Positions 60,739 to 64,000 of a stretch of 64,000 nt of DNA are shown here, one piece after another (position 1 is the stretch's first letter; each line of letters starts with the position of its first letter). Both the position numbers and the translations under genes were made by a program. Origin of the DNA: an uncultured delta proteobacterium. Its GTDB lineage: Bacteria > Desulfobacterota > Desulfobaccia > Desulfobaccales > 0-14-0-80-60-11. The stretch covers positions 1,152,001 to 1,216,000 of the forward strand of contig CAWETI010000003.1 of the NCBI GenBank assembly GCA_963812015.1. The letters run 5' to 3'. The notes below the pieces were generated by a model. It worked only from the letters and a program-made list of their open reading frames with translations, made no database searches and was not told the DNA's origin.

Positions 60739-61842
60739 CTACCGCCAGTTTAGGCAACAGAAGCTGTTGAGAACATCGATCACCCGCGCCACATCCTCTT
60801 CCGTGTGGTAGCTTGAAATGGGCAGACTGAGCGTCGTGGCGTGAACTTCGTCCGCCAGGGGAAATGCCGCGGCATCAAACATACCTTGCAGAGCTTTTTG
60901 CCGGTGGGGCGCCACGGGGTAGTGAATTTCCGTCAAAATGTCATGGGCCTCCAGATAATGCTTTACTTCATCCCGGCGCGGATGACGGATGTTATAAATG
61001 TGATACACATCGAAGAAGTCATCCTGGATACAGGGTTTAATGAAGTCGCCCCGCAAGCCCTGATGATAGAGCGTTGCCAGTCGCCTCTTGTGGTCATTGA
61101 TGCGGTTAAGTGCAGGGAGCTTTACCGATAGCAATGCCGCCTGCATTTCATCCAAGCGTGAATTCATGCCAACTAGGTCGTTATAATACTTCTTGGCCGA
61201 GCCATAATTGCGCAGGGCACTGATCTTCGCAGCGCAATCTTGATCATTCGTCACCACCGCACCGGCATCTCCCAAGGCTCCCAGGTTCTTGGTGGGATAA
61301 AAGCTGAAGGCCGCACAGTCACCAAAGGTCCCAGCCTTCTGGTCCTTCAGGCGGGCGCCGTGAGCCTGGGCGCAGTCTTCAAAAATCTTCAGCCCCCGCC
61401 GACGACTAATCTCGGCGATACGCTCCATCTCACAAACCTTGCCGTAAAGATGGACCACCATGATGGCGACGGTCGCATTAGTAATACGTTCTTCAATCTT
61501 ATCCGGGTCAATGTTGTAAGTGTGGATGTCAGGCTCCACCGGTACCGGTTTCAATCCAGCCTGCAGAATGGCCAGGATGGTGGCAATATAGGTGTTGGAG
61601 GGGACGAGGACCTCACTTCCCGCGGGGAAATCAAAGGCTTTGAGTGAAAGGATCAGGGCATCAAGCCCCGAAGCCACACCAACACAGTGTGACGCCCCGC
61701 AATAGTCGGCAAACTCACGCTCGAAGCGATCCACGTTCTGGCCCAAGATATACCAGCCGCTCTCCAGCGTCTCCTTGAATACTCGTCTAAACTCGTGGAA
61801 AAACGGCTCATTGACCTTGCGCAGGTTTTCGTATTCAATCAT
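60739..61842 (-). CDS. DegT/DnrJ-family aminotransferase (FdtB/QdtB-like)
   Basis: [41 protein letters not shown]. Confidence 0.93.
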   Translation of the reverse strand: MIEYENLRKVNEPFFHEFRRVFKETLESGWYILGQNVDRFEREFADYCGASHCVGVASGLDALILSLKAFDFPAGSEVLVPSNTYIATILAILQAGLKPVPVEPDIHTYNIDPDKIEERITNATVAIMVVHLYGKVCEMERIAEISRRRGLKIFEDCAQAHGARLKDQKAGTFGDCAAFSFYPTKNLGALGDAGAVVTNDQDCAAKISALRNYGSAKKYYNDLVGMNSRLDEMQAALLSVKLPALNRINDHKRRLATLYHQGLRGDFIKPCIQDDFFDVYHIYNIRHPRRDEVKHYLEAHDILTEIHYPVAPHRQKALQGMFDAAAFPLADEVHATTLSLPISSYHTEEDVARVIDVLNSFCCLNWR

Positions 61843-62899
61843 GGCTTCTCGGTTGTCTCAACCAGTTGTCGACATGTATTTTCATAATCAAGAGACTGTA
61901 CTTATAACGTAACCAGGCAAAAACCAGAGTGGTGTGCAGTTTATCATTTCCACCTCCTTCTCTAAATGCATGGCGGAGACTGACAGTTTCGGGGCCTAAT
62001 TCCATAATGGAACGGCAAATAGCACGGGCGCCTAAATTCCCATGGACCACATTCCTTCTTCCTAACTTGGCGGCGTAGGCATGAATGTGATTGTCACAGA
62101 TAGTCAAAAGGTGTTTGGTCAGATCGCTGGATAGGGATGGGTGTCGCAACACCTTGCCGCTCCGCCGCACCAGTTCCTGACCCGCTTCATGGTACTTATC
62201 CAATTCCACGTTAGTGCAGCCCCACGCACCGTCGTGAATCCGGTAGAGAACCAGCGGTGCGTCACTATAAATAATTTTTTCGAACCGTGCACACCGCACC
62301 AGGAATATGTACTCGCCATAGAGCCCGACCGCCGAGGCACACAATTCTTCCACACCGCCCACTACGCTCCGGAGCTTAGAAGTATCAAACAAGCCATAAG
62401 GCGAGATTATCTTCAGCCGACCAGCAAAGTATCTGTGAAGGAACTCCCGGCCGGTGAGCACCCACACGGAGCTCTGGGAAATGAATTCGGGTTGTGGTGC
62501 ATCCGTCCCCCGAAATACCCTGTACGAGGAAAAAAAAACCGGGGGAAATCCGGTTTCTACCAGGAGGTCGTGGGCTGTCCGCAGAAAGCCAAGTTCATAG
62601 AGGTCATCATCAGCTATCCACGTGAAATAGCGCCCTGAAGCCATAGCGAGCAGCGCATTCATATTCCCCACTTCCTGCAAGTTATGGGGATGGTTGACGA
62701 AGCGGATACGCGGGTCTGATATACCGAACAGCTCGCCACTCAGAATGTCAGCTTGATAATCATTACCGACAATCACCTCGAAGTCGGCAAAAGTCTGGGC
62801 AAGGATTGAGGTGAGTGTCTGCCGCAAAAGATCGTGCCGGTTATAGGTTGTTACACCTATACTAAAAAACGGCTGTGGTCCATGATCCTTTTCTACCAC
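61835..62899 (-). CDS. GT2 glycosyltransferase
   Basis: [24 protein letters not shown]. Confidence 0.88.
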   Translation of the reverse strand: MVEKDHGPQPFFSIGVTTYNRHDLLRQTLTSILAQTFADFEVIVGNDYQADILSGELFGISDPRIRFVNHPHNLQEVGNMNALLAMASGRYFTWIADDDLYELGFLRTAHDLLVETGFPPVFFSSYRVFRGTDAPQPEFISQSSVWVLTGREFLHRYFAGRLKIISPYGLFDTSKLRSVVGGVEELCASAVGLYGEYIFLVRCARFEKIIYSDAPLVLYRIHDGAWGCTNVELDKYHEAGQELVRRSGKVLRHPSLSSDLTKHLLTICDNHIHAYAAKLGRRNVVHGNLGARAICRSIMELGPETVSLRHAFREGGGNDKLHTTLVFAWLRYKYSLLIMKIHVDNWLRQPRSHD

Positions 62900-63828
62900 C
62901 TGCGGACACCCTTCAGAAGCGCCACCGATTCGGCCACCCGTTGGTGCAGGTCACCCGTAAACTGAAAGCCGAGATTGCTGAATTTCCGACATGATACCGT
63001 GTAAGACAGTTGGTTCATAATCTTGGAATCCACGTAACTGACTTGAACATCCGGCACGAATTTGGATATGGCGGCCACGACCTCCCGCACCGTTGCATTC
63101 ATGGTAAGGACGTTGTAAGTCTCTCCGGGAAACAGGTCGCGTTCAATAATAAAATGGAAGGCCCGGACGGCATCCTCCAGGTCGAGGTAGGGCCGGTTCT
63201 GATCCATGGCTGAGGACCACACTGTGAGAGGAGCTCCCATACAGGCCTGCCAGATGAACTTGTTGACCGCCGTGTGAAAGCGCATCCCTGGTGAAGCACC
63301 GAAAATGGTGCCGAAACGACAAGTTACAAACTTAAGGCCTACTGCGTCCCGCATCTCCTGTAGCAGCAGTTCGGCTTTCAGTTTACTTTCAGCATAGGGA
63401 CTCTGGGGCCTCAGATAGTCAAGGGGAAGCGCTTCGTCCACTTCGTCCTCCTGGACCCCATACACGCTGGTGGTGGAGATAAAGAGAAGCCTGCTGCCAC
63501 TCGCGGTACAAGCACGAGCTACCCGTTCGGTGCCCTGAAAGTTTATACGCTCGACCTCCTGGGCGCTCTCTACGCTGGCCTCGGCATTGGTTCGGGCAGC
63601 CAAGTGGATCACCACATCCATGCCTTGCAGCAGTTCCTCCAGATCGGCGGTCAGGATATCCGCATCGATAAAGCGGAACGGAATCCCATCGGGCAGGTTA
63701 AAAAGCGACGGATAACGCTGAGTCGACAGGTTGTCAACCAGATAAACGTTATTATACCAGCCTGTAGGAATGGAATGGATCAAGCGTGAGCCGATGTGGC
63801 CGAGCGCTCCAGTGATAAGCAGATTCAT
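62893..63828 (-). CDS. NAD-dependent epimerase/dehydratase (extended SDR)
   Basis: ITGALGHIG, VIHLAA, STTSVYG, YAESK. Confidence 0.92.
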   Translation of the reverse strand: MNLLITGALGHIGSRLIHSIPTGWYNNVYLVDNLSTQRYPSLFNLPDGIPFRFIDADILTADLEELLQGMDVVIHLAARTNAEASVESAQEVERINFQGTERVARACTASGSRLLFISTTSVYGVQEDEVDEALPLDYLRPQSPYAESKLKAELLLQEMRDAVGLKFVTCRFGTIFGASPGMRFHTAVNKFIWQACMGAPLTVWSSAMDQNRPYLDLEDAVRAFHFIIERDLFPGETYNVLTMNATVREVVAAISKFVPDVQVSYVDSKIMNQLSYTVSCRKFSNLGFQFTGDLHQRVAESVALLKGVRRW

Positions 63829-64000
63829 GATTATGTCCTTCTGCGTATGAAAATCTGCATATTTCTTAATCCTTGACGCAACGGAGGTATCCCCCCGGAT
63901 TGCACGTGAAGAGGAGCTTGTTATCGATCCGCATGTCAACCTCAAAACGGTCATTATGCTTCAGGAATTCATCCAATGCGGTCTTAGGGCTGTTCCCCGG

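Overview
GC-rich bacterial chromosome segment, most likely a sulfate-reducing member of Desulfobacterota (inferred from dsrT-dsrMKJOP, Desulfovibrio-type ferredoxins and a small sulfite reductase). It has four blocks. (1) 861-19576: two convergent operons for a Wzx/Wzy-type exopolysaccharide (BY-kinase-like protein, nucleotidyltransferase/priming-transferase fusion, Wza, GumC/Wzz, Wzy-like, flippase, glycosyltransferases, AsnB-type amidotransferase, broken glycoside hydrolase, SGNH-like protein lacking its Ser). (2) 19954-35231: photolyase relic, GH15, aldo/keto reductase, dsrTMKJOP with a Rex-like operator, two tandem Asp-variant ferredoxins, USP, typA, REP-like palindromes and a small sulfite reductase with a Fur-like box. 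(3) 35452-60508: an AT-richer, mosaic nonulosonic-acid glycan locus with three intact and two relic NeuB homologues, two paralogous radical SAM/SPASM proteins, a DegT aminotransferase, two cytidylyltransferases, PtmA-like SDRs, NeuC, an amidotransferase-HisF-HisH-methyltransferase module, a phosphotransferase, candidate transferases, an IS1380 relic with intact ends and target duplication, and a candidate structured leader RNA. (4) 60739-63828: the end of a convergent sugar-nucleotide operon. No rRNA, tRNA or CRISPR array was recognised. The best candidate for new biology is the duplicated radical SAM + NeuB + SDR (+ aminotransferase) module, together with a NeuB that has a remodelled active site and the structured leader. 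All calls are from reading the sequence; no searches were run.
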